Shown here: piece after piece, positions 8,215 through 17,988 of the stretch
Position numbering within the stretch: position 1 is the first letter of the stretch
How the letters are laid out: each line of letters starts with the position of its first letter
Assembly (NCBI GenBank): GCA_041687695.1
Contig: JAWLBL010000025.1
Coordinates: 64,001-128,000 of the forward strand
Reading direction: 5' to 3'
Source: Myxococcota bacterium
GTDB taxonomy: Bacteria > Myxococcota_A > UBA9042 > PHBI01 > JAWLBL01
Length of the DNA stretch: 64,000 bases
Position numbers and translations under genes: made by a program
The notes under the pieces: generated by a model
What the model was told of the DNA's origin: nothing
Seen by the model: the letters and a program-made list of their open reading frames with translations, nothing else
The model's database searches: none

Positions 8215-10745
8215 TTCGGGCACGCGGCGAGCGCCGACGGCTGGTCGTCGGACCAGGTGGCGCCCAACAGGAAGGCCGGCGGGGCCTGTCCGACGTAGGC
8301 GTGGTGCGCGTAGACGTAGTCGCCCTCGTCGAAGCGCCACAGCGCGAGCGTGTCCGAGCGCAGAGCGACCGACGTCGGCGGCACGAAGTCGCCGGTGTAC
8401 AGGGCGCCCTTCGAGATGCGGAGCTCGTCGATGAGCCCGTCGTAGAACAGGGTCGCGCCGCCCTGCGAGCCGATGTAGAGGTCCTGGGCGGTCGCCAGCG
8501 CGTTGACCGGGCTGAGGGTCTGCGCCGTCTCCTTCTTGCCGTCGATGAACCAGGTGACGGTCGCGACCTTGCTGCCCGCGTCGTAGCTGCGGGTGACCGC
8601 GTAGTGGCGCCATTGCGGCGTGGTCACGTCGATGACGGCGACCATGCTGCCGAAGGTGTCGAGCGAGGTGCCGGACTGGCCCTCGACCCAGCGCAGCTTG
8701 GCCTTGTCACCGCTGGCGAAGACCTCGATGTGCCAGTCGGCGCCGCCCGCGGCCGACGTCGACCGGCTGATGATGGCCGACTTCGTGTTGGCGCGGATCT
8801 TGGCGTAGAACTCGACCGTCAGCGTCTGCTGGCCGTTGAGCACGGTCGGGGCCGCGACGGTCGCGACGCCCTGCTCGGCCGGGTCGAAGTCGAGCGCGTG
8901 GCGGGCGCACGGCGTCACCAGGCACACCGCCTTGGCCGCCGGCTTGCCCCCGAAGCCGTGGTCGACCGTGGCGTCGACGCCCAGCCAGTAGGCGTGGTGC
9001 CCGTTGGCGGTCTGGTCGGCGCTGAGCCCGGGCCGCGTCTCGTCGAAGTGGTAGAGCGCCAGCGTGTCGGCGTCGGGATCGTAGGGCGCCACGGGGGGCG
9101 AGAAGCCGCCGGTGTAGCGGGCCACCTTCGAGATGCGCACCTCGTCGACCAGGCCGGCGAAGAAGTCCTCGGAGGCGCCCTCGCAGCCGATGTACAGCTC
9201 GGCCTGCCCCAGGCCCTTGGCGTTGGGCAGGGTCACGGTCAGGCCGGACTGGTGGGCGCCGTTGTTGTACCAGCGCACCTCGCCGTTGGCCCGGCGCACG
9301 ACGGCGATGTGCTGCCACTGGCCGGGGATGGCGATGTTGGCGTTCGCGACCTGGGTGACGCCGTCGCTGGCGACCTCGCGCCACTGCAGGTTCGCGGTCG
9401 CCCCGGACACGTAGGTGTACGTCAGCTGCCACCCGGTCCCGGGCGTGGCGGGGTCCATGGCGTCGAACAGCACGGCGGTCTGTGCGCCGGCGGCGGGCTT
9501 GAACAGCAGCTCGACCGTCAGGTCGCCCGTCCCGAACGACACGCCGCCCGGGACGACCAGGCACGCGTTGCCGCCCATGTCGATGCCCTGCATGGCGCAA
9601 GTCGGCAGGGTGCAGCTGGCGCTGCACCCGTCGCCGTCGACGTCGTTGCCGTCGTCGCACTGCTCGGCGCCCTCGGCCGTGCCGTTGCCGCAGCAGTTGG
9701 GCACGGGCACGGCGCCGCAGGTCCCGGTCACGGCGTCACACTGCGGCACCTCGCACACCCCGACCGGGCACTCCTTGTAGGTCGTGCCCTCGCAGACCCC
9801 GTCGACGCAGGCCGAGGCCGTCGAGCACTTGTCGCCGTCGTCGCAGGCCAGCCCCTCGTTGCCGGGCACCGCCACGCACGCGCCCGTCGGCGGGTCGCAC
9901 GCGTTCTGCAGGCACGGGTCGTCGTGCGGGCCGCAGGGCGGCGCCGGGTCACCCATGATGCAGGTCGTGTTGATGCACGCGTACACGCCGTTGCACTTGT
10001 CGCCGTCGTCGTGCTGCTCGCAGTCCGCCGCGTTCGCGCACGAGCAGTTGACCGTGTCGAGGATGTCGGTCGTGCACTCGAGCGACGCGTCGCACGCCTC
10101 GAACAGGGTGCACGGGTCGCCGTCGTCGCACTCCTGGCCCACGTCGAGGGGCTTGGGCTCGCACTGCCCACTGTCCGGATTGCAGACGTGGGGCAGGCAG
10201 GGGTTGCCGCTGAGGTCGGGGCAGGGCGGCGGCGCCTGATCGACGTCCTCGGCGCACTGGGCGACCTCATCGACGACCTGGCAGGTGAACGGGCCCTTGC
10301 ACTTGTTGGTCGAGGCGCAGGTGGTCGTCACCACCCAGTCGAGGCAGCCCGTGACCGCGTCCTTGGTGCACGTCTCGATCTGGTTCGGCTCGGTCGGGTG
10401 GCAGCGCGCCTCGCCCGCCGTGGCGCAGGTGCTCTCGCAGGTCGGCACGTCGGCGTCGGGGACGTCCGGCCCCACCTCGTCCACGTCGGCGTCGCCGACG
10501 TCCGGACTCACGTCGGGCGGCAGCTCGGGCTCGGCGTCGGGCGGCGCCGTCGCGTCGGCGTCCTCGGGGGGCGTCGTGTCGTGGTCCGCGTCCTCGTCCA
10601 CCTTGCTGTCCGGCTGCTCGACGTCGGAGAGATCCGTCGTGTCGGTGCCGTCGATCGGCTCGAACCGGCTACAGCCGGCGGCCCCGAGGGCCAGGGTGGC
10701 CACCATGGCCACCGCGTTCAGCGTCGCACCCATCCGTCGCGTCAT
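8211..10745 (-). CDS. Cys-rich repeat lipoprotein with two C-terminal LamG/concanavalin-like domains
   Basis: Lipobox LGAAGC, Asp/Pro linker, CDDGDxC repeats, myxobacterial repeat CGNG..EGAEQCDDGNDVDGDGCSASC, and two domains with TVE..K / WxH(I/Y)AV / GL(V/I)DE(V/L)RIS. Confidence 0.8.
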   Translation of the reverse strand: MTRRMGATLNAVAMVATLALGAAGCSRFEPIDGTDTTDLSDVEQPDSKVDEDADHDTTPPEDADATAPPDAEPELPPDVSPDVGDADVDEVGPDVPDADVPTCESTCATAGEARCHPTEPNQIETCTKDAVTGCLDWVVTTTCASTNKCKGPFTCQVVDEVAQCAEDVDQAPPPCPDLSGNPCLPHVCNPDSGQCEPKPLDVGQECDDGDPCTLFEACDASLECTTDILDTVNCSCANAADCEQHDDGDKCNGVYACINTTCIMGDPAPPCGPHDDPCLQNACDPPTGACVAVPGNEGLACDDGDKCSTASACVDGVCEGTTYKECPVGVCEVPQCDAVTGTCGAVPVPNCCGNGTAEGAEQCDDGNDVDGDGCSASCTLPTCAMQGIDMGGNACLVVPGGVSFGTGDLTVELLFKPAAGAQTAVLFDAMDPATPGTGWQLTYTYVSGATANLQWREVASDGVTQVANANIAIPGQWQHIAVVRRANGEVRWYNNGAHQSGLTVTLPNAKGLGQAELYIGCEGASEDFFAGLVDEVRISKVARYTGGFSPPVAPYDPDADTLALYHFDETRPGLSADQTANGHHAYWLGVDATVDHGFGGKPAAKAVCLVTPCARHALDFDPAEQGVATVAAPTVLNGQQTLTVEFYAKIRANTKSAIISRSTSAAGGADWHIEVFASGDKAKLRWVEGQSGTSLDTFGSMVAVIDVTTPQWRHYAVTRSYDAGSKVATVTWFIDGKKETAQTLSPVNALATAQDLYIGSQGGATLFYDGLIDELRISKGALYTGDFVPPTSVALRSDTLALWRFDEGDYVYAHHAYVGQAPPAFLLGATWSDDQPSALAACPK

Positions 10746-10820
10746 CCCGACTTCCCCCGCTCACCCAGCCGCCCTCCCGGGCGGTCGCGCTGGCCCGGCC
10801 GACCGACCGGGCGCCGATGC

Positions 10821-10829
10821 ACTCTAGCA
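10821..10829 (-). promoter_or_regulatory. Putative extended -10 (TGCTAGAGT) for the LamG lipoprotein gene
   Basis: TGn-TANNNT in the intergenic region upstream of 10745. Confidence 0.35.
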
Positions 10830-10898
10830 GACAGGCACGCCGCGCCGCCACCCGCCCCAAACGGCCCGCGTCGGGTCGGGCGGCGCGGCGCAGGCCCC

Positions 10899-12896
10899 TC
10901 AGAACAGCAATGAAAGCCCGACGTTGGTGTAGATCAGCGGGTCGGCCGACCAGGACTGGTCGTACAGGCTGCGCCCGCCCTTGAAGGGGTCGCCCTCGAC
11001 CACGAAGAACACGTTCCAGAGCTTCGAGATGCGGAACTCGCCCGACACGCCCAGCAGCAGCTGCGCGCCCGTGTCCCGGTCGAGGTGCGGGAACTCGCCG
11101 TCCACCTCGAGCGTCTCGGGCCCGGTGCGGTCGGTGAACATGAACAGGCTCGCGCGGGCCGTGATGGCCGCCCGCTCGCTGATGAGGATGGAGCCCAGGG
11201 CCGTGGCGCGCGCGAAGACGCTGTTGCGATCCTCGCCGCCGAGGCCGAAGCCGAGTCCGCCCTCACCCGAGAAGGCGAAGGCGCGCGAGCGCGCGACGAG
11301 GTACTTGGCCCGCGCCTCGAACTCGTTGATGACGTTGAAGGTGCTCTTGTAGGTGAGGCCCAGCTCGAGCTCGTCGGTCAGGCCGCCGCTGATGCGCAGG
11401 CCGGCCAGCGTCGGGAAGCCCAGCATGACCTCCATCGTGCCGTAGCCCCGGTCGATGGGCTGCGCCGACAGCGCCATCGCGCGGTGCCGCACGCGGCGGT
11501 CCTTGGCGCCGAAGCGGGCGTTGAGGCTGACCGGCTTGGCGGTGCCGACCGCGACCGTGAACTCCTCCTGCTTGCCGTCGGCGCGCTTGACCATGACCTC
11601 GTAGGTCCCGACCTCGAGGTCCTCGCGCAGAAACGGCGTCTTGCCGGCGAGCTTGCCGTTGATGAAGACCTCGGCCGCGCCGCCGGCCGCCTTGACCTCG
11701 AGGCGCCCGGCCTTGGTCAGCTCGGCGACGACCTCCTGGCTGCCGCCGGGCGGCAGGGTCACGCTCTTCTGCCAGGTCGCGTAGCCGGGCGCGCTCACCG
11801 TGACGAAGTGGGTCCCCGGCGACAGGTCCTCTTGCTGGTGCGGCGCGGGCACACCCGGGCCGCCGTTGACGCTGACCAGCGCCCCCTGCACGTTGGCGAT
11901 GATGCGCAGCGAGCCCTTGGCCCGCTCGGTGGCCGCCTTGAGCGACAGCGTCACGACCAGCGTCTCGCCCGGGCCGATCTCGACCTCGCGCGTGTCCTTG
12001 GTGTAGCCCGGGGCACGCGCCTCGATGACGTGCTTGCCCGCGGTCACCTCCTGGGCGACGGGAGGCGCGCCGACGTCCTCGCCGTCGATGAAGATGGTGG
12101 CGCCCTCGACGTCGGCCGACACGCGCACGCGCCCCACGCCGCCGCCGCCCGCGGCGAGATCCACGTTGATGGTGGCGCGCTGGCCGCCCGTGACGCGCAC
12201 CTGCTCGGAGTGGGACGGGTAGCCGTCCAGCACGACCTCGACCAGGTAGTTGTCCTCGGACAGCTGGTCGATGACGGTCGGCGTGACCCCGCGCGGGGCG
12301 CCGTTGATGCGCACCTGGGCGCCCGACGGCGTGCTGGCGACCAGCAGCGACCCGAAGCGCGCCACCTTCTTCATCACCACGTCGAAGGCGACCTTCTGGG
12401 CCTCGCTGGCGTCGATCCAGCGCTCCCAGGGCTCGTAGCCCTCCTTGACGACCTTGACGTAGTGCCGGCCCGGCGGGACCGAGGTCGACGTCGGCACGAC
12501 GCCCACCTCTTGATCGTCGACGAAGACCTTGGCGCCGTAGAACTCGCTCGCCGCGATGAACTCGAGCTGCGCCGGCTTGATCTCGCGCAAGAGGTTGAAG
12601 ACGTAGCTCTGCGTCTTCCAGGTGACCTCGATGGTCTCCAGCAGATCCTGGAAGCCGTCCTTCTTGAAGCGCAGCGTCGTCATCCCGCGCGGGATCTTGG
12701 CGTTCTTTAGCGGCGTGACGCCCAGGGGCTGCTCGCCCGACTCGAGGACCAGGAAGACCTCGGCCCCGCTGGGGGTCGTGTCCAGGTTGGTCCGCGTCGT
12801 GCGCACCCGCTGGGCGTGGGCGTCGGCCGGCAGGAGCGACACGAGCAGGGCGGCGGCGGCCGCCAGGGCGGCGAGGGGCGAGCAGCGTGGCATCAC
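10899..12896 (-). CDS. Secreted protein with about six PEGA domains and a putative C-terminal outer-membrane beta-barrel
   Basis: Signal peptide (ADAHA); repeated (S/T)TPSGA.V..(D/N)G...G.TP...G.(H/Y).V.V...GY units; the last ~190 aa have amphipathic strands and end in Phe. Confidence 0.8.
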   Translation of the reverse strand: MMPRCSPLAALAAAAALLVSLLPADAHAQRVRTTRTNLDTTPSGAEVFLVLESGEQPLGVTPLKNAKIPRGMTTLRFKKDGFQDLLETIEVTWKTQSYVFNLLREIKPAQLEFIAASEFYGAKVFVDDQEVGVVPTSTSVPPGRHYVKVVKEGYEPWERWIDASEAQKVAFDVVMKKVARFGSLLVASTPSGAQVRINGAPRGVTPTVIDQLSEDNYLVEVVLDGYPSHSEQVRVTGGQRATINVDLAAGGGGVGRVRVSADVEGATIFIDGEDVGAPPVAQEVTAGKHVIEARAPGYTKDTREVEIGPGETLVVTLSLKAATERAKGSLRIIANVQGALVSVNGGPGVPAPHQQEDLSPGTHFVTVSAPGYATWQKSVTLPPGGSQEVVAELTKAGRLEVKAAGGAAEVFINGKLAGKTPFLREDLEVGTYEVMVKRADGKQEEFTVAVGTAKPVSLNARFGAKDRRVRHRAMALSAQPIDRGYGTMEVMLGFPTLAGLRISGGLTDELELGLTYKSTFNVINEFEARAKYLVARSRAFAFSGEGGLGFGLGGEDRNSVFARATALGSILISERAAITARASLFMFTDRTGPETLEVDGEFPHLDRDTGAQLLLGVSGEFRISKLWNVFFVVEGDPFKGGRSLYDQSWSADPLIYTNVGLSLLF

Positions 12897-12948
12897 GATC
12901 CTTCCAGGAAGGTTGTCGAACCGGCCCCGAACTTATTACTTAGCGCGC

Positions 12949-14130
12949 ATGAGTCAACCGAGACGCCGAGCGGGATCGGGCAGTTCCACGCCAACACTGG
13001 CCCTGTTCGCGACCACGTCGGCGGGGCTGGAGCCCGCGCTGGAGGCCGAGCTGAGGGCCCTGGGGGCGCGTGGCCTCGAGCGGGTGCGCGGCGGCGTGGG
13101 TTTCGTCGGCGACCGCCGGCTGATGATGGCCGCGTGCGTGAACCTGCGGACCGCGCACCGGGTGCTGTGGAAGCTGGGCGAGGGGGTCGCGCGCGACGGC
13201 GACGCGCTGTACGAGGGGACACGCGGGGTCGTGCGCTGGGAGGGGCTGGTGCCGCCCGACAAGACCTTCGCGGTGCGGGCGACGGTCCGTGACAGCGCCT
13301 TGCGCGACAGCCGCTGGGTGGCGCTGCGGGTCAAGGACGCGATCGTGGACGCCGTGCGGGACGCGCGCGGCGAGCGGCCGTCGGTCGACGCCGCGGATCC
13401 GGACGTGCGGGTGCAGGTGCGGGTGGCGCGCGATCGGGTGACCGTCAGCCTGGACGCGGCCGGCGACAGCCTGCACGCGCGCGGCTATCGGACCGAGGCG
13501 GGCGAGGCGCCGCTGCGCGAGACGATGGCCGCGGGGATGCTGTTGATGAGCCGCTGGGACGGCCAGGCGCCGCTGGTCGACCCGATGTGCGGGTCGGGGA
13601 CGTTGCCCATCGAGGCGGCGCTGCTGGCCAGCGGGACGGCGCCGGGGCTGCTGGGGCGGCGGTTCGGGTTCGAGCGGTGGCCCGGGCACCGGCCGGCGAT
13701 GCTGGAGGCCGTGGTCGAGGGCGCGCGACGGCGGGCGCGGCCGCGGCCCGAGGGGGCGCTGGCGTTCGGGCGCGACCGGGACGCGCGGGTGGTGGGGCTG
13801 GCGCGGGACAACGCGCGTCGCGCAGGCGTCGACGGGCTGACCGACTTCGCGGTCGGTGAGCTGGACGCCCTGGCGCCACCGCCTGGGGCGAGCCGCGGGG
13901 TGCTGGTGACCAACCCGCCCTACGGCGAGCGGCTGGGCGAGATCGAGGGCCTGGTGCCGCTGTACCGGCGGCTGGGCGCCATCGCGCGCGAGCGGTTCCG
14001 CGGCTGGGAGCTGTGGATCCTGCTGGCGCACGACGTGCATCGCGAGGCGCTCGGGCTGCCGATCGCGCGGCAGTGGCCGATGATGAACGGCGCGCTCGAG
14101 GTCACCCTGGCGCAGATCGTGATCCGGTGA
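12949..14130 (+). CDS. rlmL: THUMP-domain rRNA methyltransferase (RlmL/YpsC-like)
   Basis: GLEPALEAEL, NLRTAHRV, SLHARGYR, APLRETMAAGM, DPMCGSGTLPIEAA, TNPPYGERL. Confidence 0.8.
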   Translation: MSQPRRRAGSGSSTPTLALFATTSAGLEPALEAELRALGARGLERVRGGVGFVGDRRLMMAACVNLRTAHRVLWKLGEGVARDGDALYEGTRGVVRWEGLVPPDKTFAVRATVRDSALRDSRWVALRVKDAIVDAVRDARGERPSVDAADPDVRVQVRVARDRVTVSLDAAGDSLHARGYRTEAGEAPLRETMAAGMLLMSRWDGQAPLVDPMCGSGTLPIEAALLASGTAPGLLGRRFGFERWPGHRPAMLEAVVEGARRRARPRPEGALAFGRDRDARVVGLARDNARRAGVDGLTDFAVGELDALAPPPGASRGVLVTNPPYGERLGEIEGLVPLYRRLGAIARERFRGWELWILLAHDVHREALGLPIARQWPMMNGALEVTLAQIVIR

Positions 14131-14136
14131 GGCCGG

Positions 14137-15393
14137 TCACGCGGTGAGGCGGCGGTCGCCCCGGGCGGCGAGGGTGGCCAGCTCGAGGCGGTCGGCGCCC
14201 CAGAACAGCTGGGGCGCGCCGGCGGGCGGGCGGACGACGTAGGTGGGAGCGCCGAAGACGCCCGCGGCGACGGCCTCGTCGGTGGCGGCGCGCAGGGCGG
14301 ACTTGGCCTCGGGGGCGCCGGCGGCCTCGACCAGGGTGGCGCCGTCGAGGCCGACCTCGTCGCACAGGGCGCGGACGACGTCGGGGCTGGAGACGTCGAG
14401 ATCCTGGGCCCAGGCGGCGTGGTAGAGGCGCTCGATGAGGCGGACGCCCGCCGGCGAGTCGCCGGCGCCGGACAGCAGGGTGACGCGCAGGGGCAGGGTC
14501 GTGTTGAAGGGGAAGCGCGACGGCCAGCGCAGCGGGAAGCCGATGGCGGCGGCCTGGCGGGCCAGGTCCTCGGCCACCCAGCGGCGGCGCGGGGCGTTCA
14601 TGGTCTGGAGCGGGACGTCGACCTGGCCGATGGCGCGGAAGAGGCCGCCGAGCAGCATGGGACGGTAGCGCAGGGCGGCGCCGAGCAGCGCGGGCGCGCG
14701 CAGGACGCCCAGGGCGCTGAAGGGGCTGGAGTAGTCGAACCAGAGGTCGACCGGCGCCGTCGGGCCGTCCCAAGCGGCGGCGGAGGGCAGGGCGGCCGGC
14801 GCGCCGCCGAGGGCGCGCTCGACCTCGTCGAGGCGGTCCTGACCCCAGTAGAGGCGGCCGTCGACGACGCAGCCGGGCGCGCCGAAGAGGCCGAGGGCGA
14901 TGGCCTCGTCGGTGCGTCGTCGGAGATCGTCCTTGACGGCGTCGGAGGCGGCGCGGGCCAGCACGGCGTCGGCGTCGTGGCCCGCGTCGCGGAGGACGCG
15001 CGCGACGACGGCCTCGTCGCCGAGGTCGGCGCCGTGGACCCAGTAGGCCTGGTAGAAGCGGTGGGCCAGGGGCATGAAGGGCTCGCCGGCCGCGAGGAGC
15101 GCGCGGAGGGCGGTGACCGTGCGGAAGGGGTGGCCGGCGGGCATCTCGAAGGGGACCTGCCACAGGGCGGCGTGGCGGCGCATGTCGAGCAGGTTGTGGC
15201 GCGCCTTGGCCGGCCCGAGGGTGACCGACAGGTTCTGGGCGGTGCCGACGGCGCGGAAGACGCCGCCGAGCAGCATCGGGCGCGGCTGCAGCGTGGCGCC
15301 GGTGCGCGCGGCGAGGGCCTCGACCTGGGTGGAGGCCAGGTAGGCGTACGGGCACGAGAAGTCGAACCAGAAGACGAGGTGCGGTGTGGTCAT
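14137..15393 (-). CDS. Tandem two-domain DsbA-like / HCCA isomerase (GST-kappa family) protein
   Basis: Two homologous halves: FWFDFSCPYAY...RPMLLGGVF...GLFGAP...YWGQDRL and LWFDYSSPFSA...RPMLLGGLF...GVFGAP...FWGADRL. Confidence 0.85.
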   Translation of the reverse strand: MTTPHLVFWFDFSCPYAYLASTQVEALAARTGATLQPRPMLLGGVFRAVGTAQNLSVTLGPAKARHNLLDMRRHAALWQVPFEMPAGHPFRTVTALRALLAAGEPFMPLAHRFYQAYWVHGADLGDEAVVARVLRDAGHDADAVLARAASDAVKDDLRRRTDEAIALGLFGAPGCVVDGRLYWGQDRLDEVERALGGAPAALPSAAAWDGPTAPVDLWFDYSSPFSALGVLRAPALLGAALRYRPMLLGGLFRAIGQVDVPLQTMNAPRRRWVAEDLARQAAAIGFPLRWPSRFPFNTTLPLRVTLLSGAGDSPAGVRLIERLYHAAWAQDLDVSSPDVVRALCDEVGLDGATLVEAAGAPEAKSALRAATDEAVAAGVFGAPTYVVRPPAGAPQLFWGADRLELATLAARGDRRLTA

Positions 15394-15460
15394 GGCGCTC
15401 TGCATACCGCGGAGCACGTGGGCGGCGCCAGCGGCGGCGCGGCGTGGTAGGCTGCGCGCC

Positions 15461-16555
15461 ATGTGGGGGCGAGGTCGACGGTGGTGGGTGGTCGCGGCTT
15501 TGATCGCGGCGGCGCCGGGCGCGCGCGCGGGTGAGGCCGAGCGGCTGGAGGCGACCGGGGCGGCGCTGGAGGCGGCGGCGGCCTGGGAGCGGGAGGCCGT
15601 GCGCGGGCGCGACGACGAGGCGACGCTGCGGGCGGCGCGGCTGTGGGCGCTGGACGAGGCCGGGACGCGCGGTGAGGCGCTGCTGGCGCAGTGGCTGGCG
15701 CGGAGCGGCCGGGACGAGCGGGCGCCCAGGGTGGCGCTGGAGCGCGCGCGGCTGGTCGCGCGGAGGATGGCGCGGCGCGACTCGGCCGGGGCGCGGCGCG
15801 TGGCCATCACGCTGTACGAGCAGATCGCGCACAAGTTTGGGCCACAGGACCCGGCGCTGGTGGTGCTGGCGCTGGCCGAGGGCGGGCGGCTGGTCCCGCC
15901 GGACGCGCGGCCCGACGAGCGGCTGGTCGCCCATCAGCTGTACTGGGCGGCGGTCTATCAGTGGCACCTGCTGCCTCAGGCGCTGGCGCGGCGCGAGGAG
16001 GTCCGCGACGCGGCGGCCGGGGCGGCCTTCGCGTTGGCCGAGGTGTCGGTGGGGCGGGCGCTGTCGCCCAGCCTGGACGAGGCCATCGCCGAGGCGGGCG
16101 AGGTGGACGCGGCGCGGCTCGTGCGGATCGTGACCGATCGCCTGTCGTGGCTGGAGACGGCGCGCCCCAAGCTGCACAAGGTCGCCGACTACGGCGCGCC
16201 CCGGTGGGCCATGGCGGCGGTGGTGCGCGAGGCGCAGCTCTTCCACGCCTTCGCCGACATGATCGAGGGCCTCCGGGGACCCGCCGACTGGACGCGCGCC
16301 CAGCGCGACGCGGTGCGGCCCGGGCTCGCCGGCAAGGTCGCCGAGCTGCGCGAGCAGGCCGAGGAGCGTTACGCGGCCGCCTTGCGTTACGCCGTCGAGC
16401 GCGAGGTCACCGGGCCGTGGTCGCGCGCCGCCGCCGAGGGGCTGGCGCGGCTGCGACCGGAGGGCTATCCCCTGGTCGTCCGGCGGCCGGCGGTGGTCCG
16501 GCTCCCCGACGGCCTGCCCGGGACGGGGTTCGTCACCCGGCCCGGGCGGCGCTGA
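15461..16555 (+). CDS. Hypothetical secreted alpha-helical (TPR-like) protein
   Basis: Signal-peptide-like N-terminus (WWVVAALIAAAPGARA), helical repeat character, TGGTAGGCT -10 7 nt upstream. Confidence 0.65.
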   Translation: MWGRGRRWWVVAALIAAAPGARAGEAERLEATGAALEAAAAWEREAVRGRDDEATLRAARLWALDEAGTRGEALLAQWLARSGRDERAPRVALERARLVARRMARRDSAGARRVAITLYEQIAHKFGPQDPALVVLALAEGGRLVPPDARPDERLVAHQLYWAAVYQWHLLPQALARREEVRDAAAGAAFALAEVSVGRALSPSLDEAIAEAGEVDAARLVRIVTDRLSWLETARPKLHKVADYGAPRWAMAAVVREAQLFHAFADMIEGLRGPADWTRAQRDAVRPGLAGKVAELREQAEERYAAALRYAVEREVTGPWSRAAAEGLARLRPEGYPLVVRRPAVVRLPDGLPGTGFVTRPGRR

Positions 16556-16567
16556 CGGGGTCGGTGG

Positions 16568-17785
16568 CTACAGCGGCAGGATCCACAGGTCGCTCAGGCC
16601 GTCGTTGTCGGGGCGCGGCGCGGTGAGGGCCAGGTGGTTGGGGCCGAGGCGAGCTTGGCTGAGGCCGACGAGCTGCGTGACCGTCTGGACGGGCTCGGCG
16701 CCGCCGTCCGCCAGGTCGACCATGCGGACGCGGCGCTGCTCGGCCGGGGCGCCCGGGATGGACTCGATCCAGGCGACGCGCGAGCCGCTGGCCGTGGGGG
16801 CGCCGTCGAGGGTCGGCTCGACGTGGCCGTGGAGGCTGAGCGAGCTGGTGGCGCCCGTGACCGCGTCGGTGATGAAGACGTCCGAGGGGATCATGCTGTC
16901 CGGGTTGATGATGGACTTGCTGGCGCGCCACACCAGCTTGCCCGACGCGAGCGCCAGCGAGTCGACGTCGAAGGCGACGTCCCAGACCGTCTCTGCGTCG
17001 TCGACGAGGGCCGCGACCGAGGTGGCGCCGGAAAGCCACCCGAGGGTGACCTCCTGCCCGTCGGCCAGGGTGCCGAAGGCCGGGCGCCGCTCGGGCTCGA
17101 CGCCGTCGGTCACGCGGGCCTCGCTGCCGCCGGTCATCTCGCGCGCGTAGATGGCCGGCACCTGGGGCTGCCCCTCGACGCAGAGCCGGCAGTCCTGCCA
17201 GGCGACCAGGCTGCCCACCGCGGTCGGGTGCTCCTGCGCGCCGGGCTTGGTGACGACCGCGACATCGGCGCCGTCGCTGAGGCGCACGCCGAAGACGTCC
17301 GGGTCGCCGTAGCGATCGTCGACGTAGAACAGCCAGGTCGGCGTCAGGACCAGCTGCCGCGGCTGCGTCAGGTAGGGCGCGTCCAGGTCGACCGGCTCGC
17401 TGGCGCCGTCGAGCGCCCACAGCATCAGCCGCTCGGGCTCGCCCGGGGCGTCGCGCTCGACCCAGGCCGCGTGGGTGGCGGACAGCGCGATCTCGCGCCG
17501 CTCGGCGACGGCGCCGGGCACCAGGAAGACCGGATCCTCCTTCAGGCTCAAGGTGCGCACGTCCGGCGCGACCGAGTCCTCGGTAGGCACGTCGGGCAGC
17601 GGGCCGGAGTCCTGCTCGTTGACGTCGTCGCCGGGGAACACCACGTCGGACAGGCCGGCGTCGGCCGAGGTGTCGCCCTGGGAGGCATCGGGCGCGACGC
17701 CGCCCCCCGCCTCGACGGCCATGTCGCCGCAAGCCCCCAACACAAGGGCCAACCCCATCGTCACCAGCGTCGCGCTCGCTCTCAT
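16568..17785 (-). CDS. Lipoprotein with beta-propeller repeats (TolB-like / WxDxR-type)
   Basis: Lipobox VLGAC, acidic linker, repeated AWVER / LFYVDDRYGDPDVF / VAWQDCR / VAWIES blades. Confidence 0.7.
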   Translation of the reverse strand: MRASATLVTMGLALVLGACGDMAVEAGGGVAPDASQGDTSADAGLSDVVFPGDDVNEQDSGPLPDVPTEDSVAPDVRTLSLKEDPVFLVPGAVAERREIALSATHAAWVERDAPGEPERLMLWALDGASEPVDLDAPYLTQPRQLVLTPTWLFYVDDRYGDPDVFGVRLSDGADVAVVTKPGAQEHPTAVGSLVAWQDCRLCVEGQPQVPAIYAREMTGGSEARVTDGVEPERRPAFGTLADGQEVTLGWLSGATSVAALVDDAETVWDVAFDVDSLALASGKLVWRASKSIINPDSMIPSDVFITDAVTGATSSLSLHGHVEPTLDGAPTASGSRVAWIESIPGAPAEQRRVRMVDLADGGAEPVQTVTQLVGLSQARLGPNHLALTAPRPDNDGLSDLWILPL

Positions 17786-17951
17786 CGTCCCCCACCGCGG
17801 CAGCAGGCCTCGTCCACGCACGGATGTTGATACAAGATTCGTGCCGCCGCGCGAAGCCCGCCGCGCCACGCGCCCGCCCGGCGCCCTGGCGACCGACTTG
17901 TCAGGGGGTGTCAACCTGCTAGTCACCCGCCGCCCCCGCTGCTCACGCTCG

Positions 17952-17981
17952 TTGACGGTCCCGGCGGCGCAGGGCTAGGGT
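17952..17981 (+). promoter_or_regulatory. Sigma70-type promoter TTGACG-N18-TAGGGT, 7 nt before the ABC exporter GTG (leaderless-type)
   Basis: Both hexamers read directly from the sequence; no SD before GTG 17989. Confidence 0.55.
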
Positions 17982-17988
17982 CCGCCGC

